Shown: positions 48,299 through 58,627 of the stretch, piece after piece
How positions within the stretch are numbered: the stretch's first letter is position 1
How the letters are laid out: each line of letters opens with the position of its first letter
Assembly (NCBI GenBank): GCA_938034445.1
Contig: CALHLD010000004.1
Span: 64,067-128,066, forward strand
From: an uncultured archaeon
GTDB taxonomy: Archaea; Thermoproteota; Nitrososphaeria; JACIWG01
Length of the DNA: 64,000 nt
Direction of reading: 5' to 3'
Translations under genes and position numbers: made by a program
The notes under the pieces: model-generated
What the model was told of the DNA's origin: nothing
Databases searched by the model: none
Seen by the model: the letters and a program-made list of their open reading frames with translations, nothing else

Positions 48299-49573
48299 TT
48301 GAGTGAAGGCGAGGAAAGTTCACTATTCAAAACTAGGCTTTTCAAGACCCTAGAAGGTGTAGACGATGCCCTAAAGTTGATTAAGGTATCATTAGAAAAT
48401 AGTGTACTAGATGTAGTTGAAGTTGATATAAGGTCCTCTTTACACTATTATTCTGCAGAAGATGTTCACGCGCTACAGGATGTACCAAACTATGATCGAA
48501 GCGCTGTTGACGGTTACGCTGTAATATCCAATGACGTGATAAGCTCTAGTATCACAAACCCCTCAATATTGAATGTTGTAGAAAAAATTTATGCGGACTC
48601 AAGCTATCACATGTTAAAGCCTTTAAATCATGGTGAAACCTCAATAGTCTATACTGGTGCACCATTACCCCCAAATGCGGATGCTGTTGTAATGTTTGAG
48701 GATACAAAAGCTGATGGTTCAAATGTCCAAATTTTTAGGCCAGTATCCCCATATCAAAATGTTTCAAGAAGGGGGGAGGATTTTCAAAAGGGTTCTATTG
48801 TTGTTGAAAAGGGTACGTTGATTAGACCTTGGCATCTTGCAGCACTACTGTCAACTGGTTACGAGAAGATTAGGGTGTTTAGGAAGGTTAGGATTGGTGT
48901 TATTTCCACTGGCAGTGAGCTTACTGAAAAATGGCAAGATGCTGGTGTAATTAATACTACAAAACCTCTTCTCTTGTCTCTTATTCAAGAAGAATTTTGT
49001 GAAGGATACGATTTTGGTACTGTACCTGATGATGTTGAAGCAATTAGGGATAGAATATTGTTTGCGTTAAAGGATATGGATATTCTATTGACCACGGGTG
49101 GAACAAGTGTTGGTGCAACAGACCTTGTCTCAGATGCCATATCGTCTATAGATGGCTCCAAAATAGTTTTCCACGGTGTTAGAATGAGGCCGGGTAAGCC
49201 TACTGGAATGGCTATTGTTAAAGGTAAACCTTTGTTCATATTATCCGGTTATCCTGTCGCATCTTTTACTGGTTTTGAAGTTTTTGTAAAATATGCAATA
49301 AACCTTTTAAGATGTTCGAAACCCCTCTTCTATCCTAAGGTTAGGGCTAAACTTGCTAGAAGGCTTGCTAAACCTGTTGGTGTAAAAGCTTTTGTTAGAA
49401 TTAAAGTATATCAATTAAATGGTGAATATTTTGCTGAACCTTTAAGATTAACTGGCTCCGGCTTACTTTCAACATTAACCAGAGGAAATGGACTTTTAGT
49501 AATTGACGAGGATGTTGAAGGATATGATGAAGGTGAAATGGTAGAAGTGCAGCTTCTTGAGTGGGTGATATAA
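48299..49573 (+). CDS. moeA: molybdopterin molybdenumtransferase MoeA
   Basis: MoeA N-domain (RSAVDGYAV), the MoCF-binding domain with TTGGTSVGATD, and a C-terminal barrel. Confidence 0.85.
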   Translation: MSEGEESSLFKTRLFKTLEGVDDALKLIKVSLENSVLDVVEVDIRSSLHYYSAEDVHALQDVPNYDRSAVDGYAVISNDVISSSITNPSILNVVEKIYADSSYHMLKPLNHGETSIVYTGAPLPPNADAVVMFEDTKADGSNVQIFRPVSPYQNVSRRGEDFQKGSIVVEKGTLIRPWHLAALLSTGYEKIRVFRKVRIGVISTGSELTEKWQDAGVINTTKPLLLSLIQEEFCEGYDFGTVPDDVEAIRDRILFALKDMDILLTTGGTSVGATDLVSDAISSIDGSKIVFHGVRMRPGKPTGMAIVKGKPLFILSGYPVASFTGFEVFVKYAINLLRCSKPLFYPKVRAKLARRLAKPVGVKAFVRIKVYQLNGEYFAEPLRLTGSGLLSTLTRGNGLLVIDEDVEGYDEGEMVEVQLLEWVI

Positions 49574-49574
49574 T

Positions 49575-51545
49575 ATGGCAAAAATATTTCACACACTGGT
49601 TTCTGTTGAAGAGGCCGCTAAAATTATTGAAAACAGGGTTCAAATTAGCCCTGTTGGCGAAGAATATGTTAGCCTATTCGAAGCATGGGGCCGTATTATA
49701 TCACAGGACCTGCTATCGGAAATTGATTCACCACCCTTTGACAGATCTGAAGTTGACGGCTATGCTGTACTATCCACGGACACGTTCGGTGCCGAAGAAG
49801 ATAATCCAAAAATATTAAACCTTGTCGGCTCATCTGAAGTTGGTACTCTACCTAAAAAGGATATTAAAGTAGGAGAATGTATGAGGATCGCGACCGGCGC
49901 ACCTATACCAAAGGGTGCTGACGCTGTAGTCATGGTAGAATATACTAAGGAAGTTGGAGGAAAAGTTTACATCTATCGTCCAGTAGTGCCTGGAGAAAAT
50001 GTTTCTCAGGCAGGCTCCGATTATGTTATTGGAGACATTTTCCTAAAGAAGGGTACAGTATTGACTGGGAGGGAAATCGCCTCACTTGCTGCCTTAGGCT
50101 ATAATAGGGTTCCAGTTTTCAAAAAACCTAAGGTGGCACTATTTTCTTCAGGTAACGAGCTTACACTTCCGGGAAATCCTCTTGAACCTGGAAAGATCTA
50201 TGACGCGAATGGTCCAGCAATATTTTCTATGATAAAAGAATGTGGTTGTGAACCAAAATTTATGGGCATTCTGCCTGATACATTCGAGAGAATGTATTAT
50301 GTGCTCAAAGGTGTGCTGGAAGATTTTGACGTTATAATAACTTCTGGAAGTACTTCTGCGGGGCTAGGTGATCTAATGTACAAGGTTTTTGACTCTCTAG
50401 GTTCTCCAGGAGTAATTGTTCACGGACTAAAGGTGAAGCCTGGGAAACCTACAATTATAGCCGTTATTGGAGAAAAACTTGTTATCGGTCTTCCCGGATT
50501 CCCTGTCTCAGCTTCCATGATATTTACTATACTGGTTAAGCCAGTTTTGATGAAGATGGCTGGCTTTGATAGAATAGAATTGCGTAAAGTTGATGCTATT
50601 GTTCCATTTAAAATTACAACTGGTAGAGGTCGACGTACCCTAATACCAGTTAGTCTTGTTGAAAGTGGTGGTAGACTTATCGCCTACCCTACGCCAGGGT
50701 CTTCTGGTACTGTTTCAACATTAAATTATAGTGAAGGTTTTATTGATGTGCCAGAAAATGTCGAATTTATTGAAGAAAATGAGAAGGTTGAAGTTAAACT
50801 TTTTTCAGAAAAAATATCTGTTCCAGACCTTGTGTTCATAGGAAGCCATTGTCCCGCAATAGACTTCATACTATCTATGTTTAAGAGAAAGTGTGCAACT
50901 AAGATAATAAATTTGGGTTCGATGGGTGGATTAAATGCTATTAAGAGAAGAGAAGCTGACATATGTGGTGTACATTTGCTTGACGAAGAAAAGATGGAAT
51001 ACAATTTTCCATTTATAGAAAAATTTTCTTTAAAAGGAAAGGCTGTTCTAGTTAAGGGATACAAGCGTAGACAGGGTATTGTAACTTTAAAAGATAACCC
51101 GAAAAACATATCCTCAGTAGAAGATATTTTAAGGAATGATGTGCAAATAGTTAACAGAAATAAGGGTTCCGGTACAAGGACATACTTTGATCATCTACTA
51201 AAGCAAGTTGCAGAAAAGAATAATGAAGACTTACAAACTTTAGTTAAAAGGATAAGAGGCTACACTTATGAGGCAAAAACGCATTCTGCTGTCGCATTAG
51301 CTGTACTGCAGGGGCGCGCTGATTTTGGAATATGCATAGAATACTATGCAAGAAAGTATGGATTGAACTTCATACCTCTTGTCGACGAGGAATATGATTT
51401 CATAATATTAAAGGATCGTCTTGAAAAAACGTATATTAAAGAATTTATACAAGTTTTAAACTCTGACGAATTTAAAACAAAGCTTTCAGAAACATTTCAA
51501 GGATACCATGCTGGCTCGGGCACTGGAAAAATTTTAGAACCTTAA
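49575..51545 (+). CDS. moeA: second MoeA paralog fused to a C-terminal periplasmic-binding-protein-like domain
   Basis: MoeA core (RSEVDGYAV...TSGSTSAGLGD) of about 400 aa, then about 250 aa with a PBP-like fold pattern (IGSHCPAIDFILS...NRNKGSGTR). 656 aa. Confidence 0.8.
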   Translation: MAKIFHTLVSVEEAAKIIENRVQISPVGEEYVSLFEAWGRIISQDLLSEIDSPPFDRSEVDGYAVLSTDTFGAEEDNPKILNLVGSSEVGTLPKKDIKVGECMRIATGAPIPKGADAVVMVEYTKEVGGKVYIYRPVVPGENVSQAGSDYVIGDIFLKKGTVLTGREIASLAALGYNRVPVFKKPKVALFSSGNELTLPGNPLEPGKIYDANGPAIFSMIKECGCEPKFMGILPDTFERMYYVLKGVLEDFDVIITSGSTSAGLGDLMYKVFDSLGSPGVIVHGLKVKPGKPTIIAVIGEKLVIGLPGFPVSASMIFTILVKPVLMKMAGFDRIELRKVDAIVPFKITTGRGRRTLIPVSLVESGGRLIAYPTPGSSGTVSTLNYSEGFIDVPENVEFIEENEKVEVKLFSEKISVPDLVFIGSHCPAIDFILSMFKRKCATKIINLGSMGGLNAIKRREADICGVHLLDEEKMEYNFPFIEKFSLKGKAVLVKGYKRRQGIVTLKDNPKNISSVEDILRNDVQIVNRNKGSGTRTYFDHLLKQVAEKNNEDLQTLVKRIRGYTYEAKTHSAVALAVLQGRADFGICIEYYARKYGLNFIPLVDEEYDFIILKDRLEKTYIKEFIQVLNSDEFKTKLSETFQGYHAGSGTGKILEP

Positions 51546-51555
51546 AATAAACCTA

Positions 51556-52314
51556 CTACTTTTTACCGACAATATAAAAGATTCCAACAAATATTCCAAC
51601 AAGAATCAACAGTATTTTTAAGTTTAATCCGATTAAGAAATTCGGTATGGCTATCATTAAAAAACTTGTTGCATCAAATGCTCCATGAAGTAATGCTGGT
51701 ACTATGAGGTTTCCGTCAGACTTATGGTATGCTCCACACATTCCAATACTGAACATCATTAGCTGAGTAAACTGTATTAATGCTATGTTTCCAAAAATTA
51801 GGTAATAGTAAAAATGTATTATGGTAAAGATAAACGATGATATGAATGCAGGATATATCCAGTGAAATTTTCCTAAAATTTTTTTAAGTGCACCGAACAT
51901 GAATCCTCTAAAAAGAAATTCTTCAAAAGGACCTACTATTGTAAATGAAAAGAATATCATATACCATGCAAAATCGGGTGAAATGTTAAGAAGTGGGTTA
52001 GGTCTATTTATAATCTGCTGACTGTTTGGGTCTAAGGCAAAGATTGTTATAATCAAGATAAATGCTAAAGCAAAACCTGCTGCAGAAAAGATTCCAAAGT
52101 ATCCAAGCCCATACTTTATAGCTGTCCTCATATTCTTGTAAGCTTTTAAAATTATTCGTTTTCCATCGAGCAAGAGTATAGCTGTTGAAGGTATAATGTA
52201 GACTAAAATTATCTGATGTAAAAAGTCTTTAACATTAAAGATATATTGTGAAGTAATACATAGAACTATAACAGCTGTTCCAATTAAATATTTTATAATA
52301 TCTATTTTAGCCAT
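51556..52314 (-). CDS. CPBP-family intramembrane metalloprotease (CAAX protease/Abi-like)
   Basis: EEFLFRGFMFGAL (EExxxR), FTIIHF (FxxxH) and HGAFDA (HxxxD/N) motifs, 252 aa. Confidence 0.75.
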   Translation of the reverse strand: MAKIDIIKYLIGTAVIVLCITSQYIFNVKDFLHQIILVYIIPSTAILLLDGKRIILKAYKNMRTAIKYGLGYFGIFSAAGFALAFILIITIFALDPNSQQIINRPNPLLNISPDFAWYMIFFSFTIVGPFEEFLFRGFMFGALKKILGKFHWIYPAFISSFIFTIIHFYYYLIFGNIALIQFTQLMMFSIGMCGAYHKSDGNLIVPALLHGAFDATSFLMIAIPNFLIGLNLKILLILVGIFVGIFYIVGKK

Positions 52315-52376
52315 CCACTTTTCTCATCCCTAATATCAGGTACTAATTTGTTTTAAAAAAATTTTGAGGGAATACC

Positions 52377-52988
52377 TTAGAGTATTGCAATAGCTCTTAC
52401 TGGTGAAGAGTCTAATCCATAAATTTTTAAAGGAAGACCGATATATATGAAACGTTTTCCTGCAACTTTATCCAAGTTTGAAAGCATTTCTATAATAGGA
52501 ATGTTCTTTTCCAAAAAATATTTGTGTGAAGCCATAAGCTCATAAGATTCTTCTAGGTTGATTGTATTGTCTATACCAAGCATTTTAATGCGATAACTTA
52601 ACCATTCAGCTGCCTCCTTAGAAATATATGGTGCTTCTTCCCCCATTATGCCTGAATGAAGTAGTACAATATCACCTTCTTTAACATGCCTTTCTAAATC
52701 TTCCACAAGAATTGCTTCACGAGCTTTTTTATATCGCAAATCAATGCATACTGCTTCTCCATAAAATTTTCTTATATCTAAGGCCGTTATATCTGGCAAA
52801 TTTGGTTTAAAGTGGGAAGGTGCCTCAACATGTGAACCCAAATGGCTCATCATATCAACATCGTGCATAATCGTCTTATCCAGTTCAGCTATGAATGGTC
52901 TTATTGTAAGTCTTCTCTTCTCTTTTCCTGGAACAAGTAATGGTGAAAGGTCTACAACTTCCCTATTTTCTAAAACATTATACTCCAT
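52377..52988 (-). CDS. putative cyclase family protein (arylformamidase / kynurenine formamidase-like)
   Basis: SHLGSHVEAPSHF matches the HxGTHxDxPxH cyclase-family metal motif, 203 aa. Confidence 0.65.
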   Translation of the reverse strand: MEYNVLENREVVDLSPLLVPGKEKRRLTIRPFIAELDKTIMHDVDMMSHLGSHVEAPSHFKPNLPDITALDIRKFYGEAVCIDLRYKKAREAILVEDLERHVKEGDIVLLHSGIMGEEAPYISKEAAEWLSYRIKMLGIDNTINLEESYELMASHKYFLEKNIPIIEMLSNLDKVAGKRFIYIGLPLKIYGLDSSPVRAIAIL

Positions 52989-53085
52989 CCTTTACCCGCA
53001 AGCATTAAACATGTTTTTTATAAAAATTTTGTACATCTTGGGTAAACAATATAAACTATTGTTTTTAAGCAGTTGGTGATATAAA

Positions 53086-53622
53086 TTGATAGAAATTAGA
53101 TGGCATGGTAGAGGCGGCCAAGGTGCTGTAACTGCCTCCGAATTACTTGCTAATGCAGTAGTAAGGGTTGGTAAATTTGCACAATCTTTTCCAGCATTTG
53201 GGCCTGAAAGGAGAGGTGCTCCAGTATTGGCTTTCACAAGAATAGATGACAAACCTATCGAGATAAGGTGGCAGATCACTGAACCAGATGTTGTGGTAGT
53301 ACTTGACTTCTCGCTTCTTTCGGTTGTAAATGTAGTGTCCGGTCTAAAAAAGGATGGCTTTGTTGTATTGAATACTTCAAAGGATTCATCGGAGATAAGG
53401 TCTATGTTTCCAGGATATAAGGTTGCTAAAGTTGATGCGACATCTATTGCTTTGAAGAATCTTGGTGCACCGATAACTAACACCTCAATGTTAGGCGCAC
53501 TCCTTAAAGCTGTCCCTATCGTACCCTTTGATGTTATGGTGAAGGTTGTTGAAGAAAGGTTTGATCCAAGAAACTCTAATTCCCTTAAGGAAACTTACGA
53601 GAAAACGGAGGTGCTTGTTTGA
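53086..53622 (+). CDS. porG: pyruvate/2-ketoisovalerate:ferredoxin oxidoreductase, gamma subunit
   Basis: N-terminus MIEIRWHGRGGQGAVTASELLA. TTG start with a GGTGA Shine-Dalgarno-like motif 8 nt upstream. Confidence 0.9.
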   Translation: MIEIRWHGRGGQGAVTASELLANAVVRVGKFAQSFPAFGPERRGAPVLAFTRIDDKPIEIRWQITEPDVVVVLDFSLLSVVNVVSGLKKDGFVVLNTSKDSSEIRSMFPGYKVAKVDATSIALKNLGAPITNTSMLGALLKAVPIVPFDVMVKVVEERFDPRNSNSLKETYEKTEVLV

Positions 53623-53897
53623 TGCCTAAAAAGGTTTCTGAAATGGAAGAAGGTTTTATAATGACAACTCCAAGAAGTAGTATGCAAACTAAAACTGGTT
53701 CATGGCGTGCATTTAAACCAGTAATAGATTATAACAAATGCATATCTTGTGCAATTTGCTGGAGCTACTGTCCTGAACCAGCCATATTCCTTAAGGATGG
53801 CAAATATACTGTCGACTACGAATACTGTAAGGGTTGTGGAATATGTGCTGCCGAATGTCCTGTAAAGGCTATAACAATGGTAAGGGAGAGTGATTAG
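53619..53897 (+). CDS. porD: pyruvate/2-ketoisovalerate:ferredoxin oxidoreductase, delta subunit (2x[4Fe-4S] ferredoxin)
   Basis: Two cysteine clusters, CISCAICWSYCP and CKGCGICAAECP, in 92 aa. Confidence 0.9.
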   Translation: MMPKKVSEMEEGFIMTTPRSSMQTKTGSWRAFKPVIDYNKCISCAICWSYCPEPAIFLKDGKYTVDYEYCKGCGICAAECPVKAITMVRESD

Positions 53898-55074
53898 AAT
53901 GAAGACCATACTATTATCAGGTAATACCGCACTATCTTATGCTGTAAAACAGCTTGATGTTGACGTTATCTCAGCATATCCAATAACACCGCAGACAACA
54001 ATGGTTGAAAAGCTTTCAGAATATGTTGCTAACGGTGAACTTGATGCAGAATTTATTCCAGTGGAATCAGAACATTCTGCACTCTCATCTGTGCTCGCCG
54101 CTTCAGCTGCAGGTGCAAGGGTCTTTACATCAACTAGTTCTCAAGGGCTTCTGTTAATGCATGAAATAATGTTCATAACAGCCGGTCTACGTCTTCCAGT
54201 TGTTATGGGTATAGCTGACAGGGCTGTTTCCGCACCAATAAATATTTGGAACGACCACAGCGATATTATGGCTCAAAGGGATGCGGGTTGGATAAGCTTT
54301 TTTGCAGAATCAGCTCAAGAATCATATGATAGGACAATTCAAGCTTATAGGATTGCTGAAGATGAAAACGTACATTTGCCTGTAAACTTGAACTTCGACG
54401 GCTTCATATTAACCCATACATACGAGCCTGTCACACCAATCGATGACGAATTGGTCTTAAAGTACGCTCCTAAAAGAAGGAGAAAACTTGTTCTAGACCC
54501 AAATAATCCAATGACCTTTGGTGGTCTCGGTTCACCTGAATACTATTTTGAGGCAAAATATCAGGCAATTAAGGCTCTAGAAGGCTCTCTGAAAACAATA
54601 ATTGAAGCCGACAAGGAATATGAGAGAATAAGTGGTAGGGGCTATGGACTATACAATGCATACATGACCGAAGGCTCTGACACAATACTTGTCTCACTCG
54701 GCTCTGTAGGCGGTTCGATAAGGGAGATTGTTAGAAGGATGAGAGGGGAAGGCGCTAAGGTTGGTTCACTAAGCTTAAAACTATTTAGACCTTTCCCAGC
54801 AAAAGAATTGGCTGAAGTGCTTTCAAAAACAAAGTGTGTTGTAGTGCTCGACAAGGCTTCCTCTCCTGGAACTATTGGGGGCCCATTGTTCTTAGAAGTA
54901 CAGGCGACACTAAAATCGTTTGACATAAATGTTCCAGCAATAAATATAATTGCAGGTCTTGGTGGCAGAGAAATCGGTCCAGATGATATAAGGTTAATGT
55001 TCAGAAAGGGTTTAAAGGTTGTCTCTGACAAAAAGGTTGATAAACTGTTAGATTATGTGGGGGTGTATCTGTAG
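53890..55074 (+). CDS. porA: pyruvate/2-ketoisovalerate:ferredoxin oxidoreductase, alpha subunit
   Basis: 394 aa with 2-oxoacid:Fd oxidoreductase alpha-subunit domain order. It overlaps porD by 8 nt. Confidence 0.9.
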   Translation: MIRMKTILLSGNTALSYAVKQLDVDVISAYPITPQTTMVEKLSEYVANGELDAEFIPVESEHSALSSVLAASAAGARVFTSTSSQGLLLMHEIMFITAGLRLPVVMGIADRAVSAPINIWNDHSDIMAQRDAGWISFFAESAQESYDRTIQAYRIAEDENVHLPVNLNFDGFILTHTYEPVTPIDDELVLKYAPKRRRKLVLDPNNPMTFGGLGSPEYYFEAKYQAIKALEGSLKTIIEADKEYERISGRGYGLYNAYMTEGSDTILVSLGSVGGSIREIVRRMRGEGAKVGSLSLKLFRPFPAKELAEVLSKTKCVVVLDKASSPGTIGGPLFLEVQATLKSFDINVPAINIIAGLGGREIGPDDIRLMFRKGLKVVSDKKVDKLLDYVGVYL

Positions 55075-55995
55075 ATGCCATATAAGACATTAAAGGATTT
55101 GCCAGTTGAGGAATACTTTGGCCCAGGCCATAGACTGTGCCAAGGATGTGGTGCCGGTATAATAGCAAGGCTTGTGACAAAAGTTGCTGGAGCAAATACA
55201 ATAATAGTAAATGCTACAGGTTGTGTGGAAGTTTCAACCACATTCTATCCTGACACGGCATGGGGTCTACCATATATTCATGTTGCTTTCGAAAACTCTG
55301 CTGCAGTCGCATCCGGAGTTAGGGCTGCATATAATGCGATGGTTCGCAAGGGTATTGTAGACAAAAATCCTAACGTTATCGTTCTGGCAGGCGATGGTGG
55401 TACAGCGGACATCGGTATACAATCTTTGAGTGGCGCTCTAGAAAGAGGAGACCATATACTCTACATATGCTATGACAACGAAGCATACATGAATACTGGT
55501 ATCCAGAGGAGTGGTGCAACACCTTATGGAGCTTGGACAACGACTTCTCCACCAGGAAAGCTTAGCCCAGGACAGAAAACTACCAAGAAGGACCTGGTTG
55601 AAATCGCCGTCGCCCACGGTATAAAGTATGCTGCAACAGCCACAGTAGCATATCTTATTGATGCTGCAAACAAGATAGAAAAAGCTCTAAATACACCAGG
55701 TGCAACGTTCATGCATTTCCTAAGTCCATGCACTCCAGGTTGGAGAATCGATACCGCAAACACTATTAAGGTAAGCCGTTTGGCGGTGCAAACGGCCCTT
55801 TGGCCACTGTATGAAGTTGTAGACGGAGAATATATTACGACAGTAAAGGTTCCTAAAAGGTTACCGGTAATCGAGTATCTGAAGATTCAGGGTAGATTCC
55901 GTCATCTATTAAATAAGCCGGAGGAAGTTGCAAAGATACAAGCCTATGCAGATAAGCTTGCAGAAAAATTCGGTTATGGTCCGATATCACCCTAA
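55075..55995 (+). CDS. porB: pyruvate/2-ketoisovalerate:ferredoxin oxidoreductase, beta subunit (TPP-binding)
   Basis: CQGCG cysteine motif and the TPP-binding GDGGTADIG...N motif, 306 aa. Confidence 0.9.
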   Translation: MPYKTLKDLPVEEYFGPGHRLCQGCGAGIIARLVTKVAGANTIIVNATGCVEVSTTFYPDTAWGLPYIHVAFENSAAVASGVRAAYNAMVRKGIVDKNPNVIVLAGDGGTADIGIQSLSGALERGDHILYICYDNEAYMNTGIQRSGATPYGAWTTTSPPGKLSPGQKTTKKDLVEIAVAHGIKYAATATVAYLIDAANKIEKALNTPGATFMHFLSPCTPGWRIDTANTIKVSRLAVQTALWPLYEVVDGEYITTVKVPKRLPVIEYLKIQGRFRHLLNKPEEVAKIQAYADKLAEKFGYGPISP

Positions 55996-56051
55996 ATTTT
56001 CTTCCTAATCTTTTTTAAAACTTATCTAATATTTTTTGTAATGGAAGTTGA

Positions 56052-57389
56052 ATGGAAGCAAACCTTCTTCTAATGTCTAAAGATGATATAGTAAAAGGGC
56101 TTTTAGAAGGCAAATTATCTATTTCAGTTCATGGTTTCGGATATGTTGGTGCCTCTATAGCCTCAGTATTTTTGAGGAGAGGCTGTCTTGTTGTAGCACA
56201 TGATGTTAAGAAGGATATTGTTGAAAAAATAAATTATGGTACATGGAACTTTAAGGATGATCTACAGGTTTATGAGACAATAAAAAAGGCTATTTTGGAA
56301 AAGAAGATTTCTGCTACAACAGACTATAAAGTTTCAGTTGAAAGGACCAATTTTCACATTATAGCAGTACCGGTTTCTGTAAAGGGAAGGGGGGGTAAAA
56401 TTTTTGTTGACTACACGCATATTGTTGAAGCATGTGAAATGATCGGTTGCTATTTGAAAAGAGGCGACGCTATAGTAATAGAAACGACCTTACCCCCTGG
56501 AACTACTGAAGGTATGCTTAGAAATATTTTGGAGGATAAAAGTAGGATGTTTGCTGAAAAAGACTTTGCACTAATATATAGTCCAGAAAGAATATTTGTA
56601 GGCAGGGCTATACAGGATATTGAATCAAATTATCCGAAAATAGTTGCAGGGTTTGGTGAAAAAAGTCTTAGAGTTGGTGAAGCACTTTATTCACTGGTTG
56701 CGGGAAAAGGTGTTATATGCATGTCCTCAATAAAGGCGGCTGAAGCTGAAAAAGTTTTTGAAGGTGTGTATAGAGATGTTAACATTGCACTCGCAAATGA
56801 GCTTGAAAGCTACTGTGAAAAAGAAGGTTTAAATTTTCATGAAATAGTGTATGCTGCGAACACTCAACCGTACTGTCATATACATAAGCCTGGTGTTGGT
56901 GTTGGTGGTGCATGCATTCCAGTATACCCGTACTTCCTATTATCTAAGGACTGTTCCCTTAAAATTGTAAAGACTGCGAGAAAGTTTAATGAGAAAAGAC
57001 CTTATGAAATCGTTGATAGGTCTCTAAAACTGTTTTATAAAAAATTTGGTAAGCCTAAAAAAATTAATGTAGCAATATTGGGTTTATCCTTCAGAGGCGA
57101 TATTGCTGATAATAGATTTTCTCCAACAATATCTTTAGCTAAACTCTTTCATAAAAGAGGCTGTAATGTCATAGTCCATGACCCATACGATTATAGTCGT
57201 ACTGGCCTACCTAACCAGGTACACTTTACTAAAAATTTGGAGGAAGCTTTGAGAGGCTCTAATATAGTAGTTATCGCTGCAGACCATAGTATTTATAAAG
57301 AACTTGATCATAATGTTTTAATGAAATTGTGTGCAAAAGAGCATTTGATAGTTGACCCAAAAGGTGTTGTTCAATTGAATAAATTTTAA
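56052..57389 (+). CDS. nucleotide-sugar dehydrogenase (UDP-glucose / UDP-ManNAc dehydrogenase family)
   Basis: N-terminal Rossmann GFGYVGASIA, a catalytic Cys region GGACIPVYP and a C-terminal UDP-binding domain, 445 aa. Confidence 0.8.
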   Translation: MEANLLLMSKDDIVKGLLEGKLSISVHGFGYVGASIASVFLRRGCLVVAHDVKKDIVEKINYGTWNFKDDLQVYETIKKAILEKKISATTDYKVSVERTNFHIIAVPVSVKGRGGKIFVDYTHIVEACEMIGCYLKRGDAIVIETTLPPGTTEGMLRNILEDKSRMFAEKDFALIYSPERIFVGRAIQDIESNYPKIVAGFGEKSLRVGEALYSLVAGKGVICMSSIKAAEAEKVFEGVYRDVNIALANELESYCEKEGLNFHEIVYAANTQPYCHIHKPGVGVGGACIPVYPYFLLSKDCSLKIVKTARKFNEKRPYEIVDRSLKLFYKKFGKPKKINVAILGLSFRGDIADNRFSPTISLAKLFHKRGCNVIVHDPYDYSRTGLPNQVHFTKNLEEALRGSNIVVIAADHSIYKELDHNVLMKLCAKEHLIVDPKGVVQLNKF

Positions 57390-57413
57390 TAAAAGAATTT
57401 TATTGAGAGTGAT

Positions 57414-58226
57414 GTGATGGGTTTCGACATCTACATTGTTAAAGTTGGCACGTCAGTGCTCTCAGATGGAAGGGGAATAAGCGAGGAAGCTATTAAAAAT
57501 ATTTCTTACCAGATATGTGATCTTATCGATGAAAAGAGAAGGTTTATTCTGGTTTCCTCTGGCGCTATACTTTCCGGTATCACTGTGCTAGGACTAAATA
57601 CTACCCCTCAAAAGTTGAAGTTAACAGAAAAACAGGTTTGCGCGTCAATTGGTCAACCCTATCTTATGAGCTTGTATGAAAAATATTTTAGGGAGAAAGG
57701 TGTAGTTACTGCACAGATACTTTTAACGGAAGAAGATCTTGCAAACAAGATTACATATAAAAATGTGTGGCGTACAATGAAGGCGCTACTGGAACGTAAT
57801 GTTGTTCCAATTGTTAATGAAAATGATGCTGTATCAGTTAGGGAGCTTCTTCCTGTAAACCCGTATGTTCCTGATGATGTAAGATTCGGTGATAATGATA
57901 GGCTTTCCGCAATAATAGCGTCTAAGGTAAGGGGAAAGATGCTTATCTTCTTAAGTGATGTTGATGGATATTATGAGATTGCACCAGATGGGTCTAGAAG
58001 GCTTGTGAGGGAAATAAAGGTTCTAAATAATTTGATGATCAAATATGCTAGAGGCCAAGGCGCCCTTGGAAGAGGTGGAATGAAATCAAAGCTTGAAGCT
58101 GCAAAGATTGTTGCAGAAACCGGAATACCTGTTGTTATAGCTAACGGAAGACGCCCAAACATTATCAAAGATATATTAGATGGTGTTGAGGTTGGGACAA
58201 AAATTCTTCCAGTAAAAAAGCCCTAA
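57414..58226 (+). CDS. proB: glutamate 5-kinase-like amino acid kinase (no PUA domain)
   Basis: IVKVGTSVL N-terminal amino-acid-kinase motif and VVIANG, 270 aa. A partial proA lies 5.5 kb downstream. Confidence 0.6.
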   Translation: MMGFDIYIVKVGTSVLSDGRGISEEAIKNISYQICDLIDEKRRFILVSSGAILSGITVLGLNTTPQKLKLTEKQVCASIGQPYLMSLYEKYFREKGVVTAQILLTEEDLANKITYKNVWRTMKALLERNVVPIVNENDAVSVRELLPVNPYVPDDVRFGDNDRLSAIIASKVRGKMLIFLSDVDGYYEIAPDGSRRLVREIKVLNNLMIKYARGQGALGRGGMKSKLEAAKIVAETGIPVVIANGRRPNIIKDILDGVEVGTKILPVKKP

Positions 58227-58396
58227 TCCTCGATTAAAGCTATATTTTCAGCAAATTTTAAAAATCTTTTCCCTACTAATATTTAAACCCCTTCTACTCT
58301 GAAACTGCCGACTATGACTTAAACACTCATACATACTATTCAAGGCACACTATAAGGTTTATAAAATGGTCTACTCTTAATATACCAGAGAGTCAT

Positions 58397-58627
58397 ATGA
58401 GTGTTGTAAGCGTTAAGGTTAAGAAGGAAATCAAGGATAAGATGATTAAATACAAGGATAGAGTTAACTGGGCACAGGAGTTTAGAAGGTTTATCGAGGA
58501 AAAGATTAGACAGCTTGAGGCTGAGGAAAACTTCAAGAAGCTTATTGAAGCTTTGGAAGGCGCCTCGTGGGGCGTTCCAAAGGGTTTCTCAACAAGGAGT
58601 GTGAGAGAGGACCGTGATAGTGGCTGA
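58397..58627 (+). CDS. vapB: antitoxin, VapB-like, cognate to the downstream PIN protein
   Basis: A 76-aa basic/acidic small ORF overlapping the PIN gene by 14 nt, the typical TA arrangement. Confidence 0.5.
   Translation: MSVVSVKVKKEIKDKMIKYKDRVNWAQEFRRFIEEKIRQLEAEENFKKLIEALEGASWGVPKGFSTRSVREDRDSG

Noticed and set aside
57414-58226. Reading the amino acid kinase as acetylglutamate kinase or uridylate kinase instead of ProB
   Set aside because: The N-terminal motif IVKVGTSVL matches the ProB type rather than ArgB (VIKxGG) or PyrH. A proA N-terminus is present at 63735, though not adjacent, so the proB call is kept at moderate confidence.
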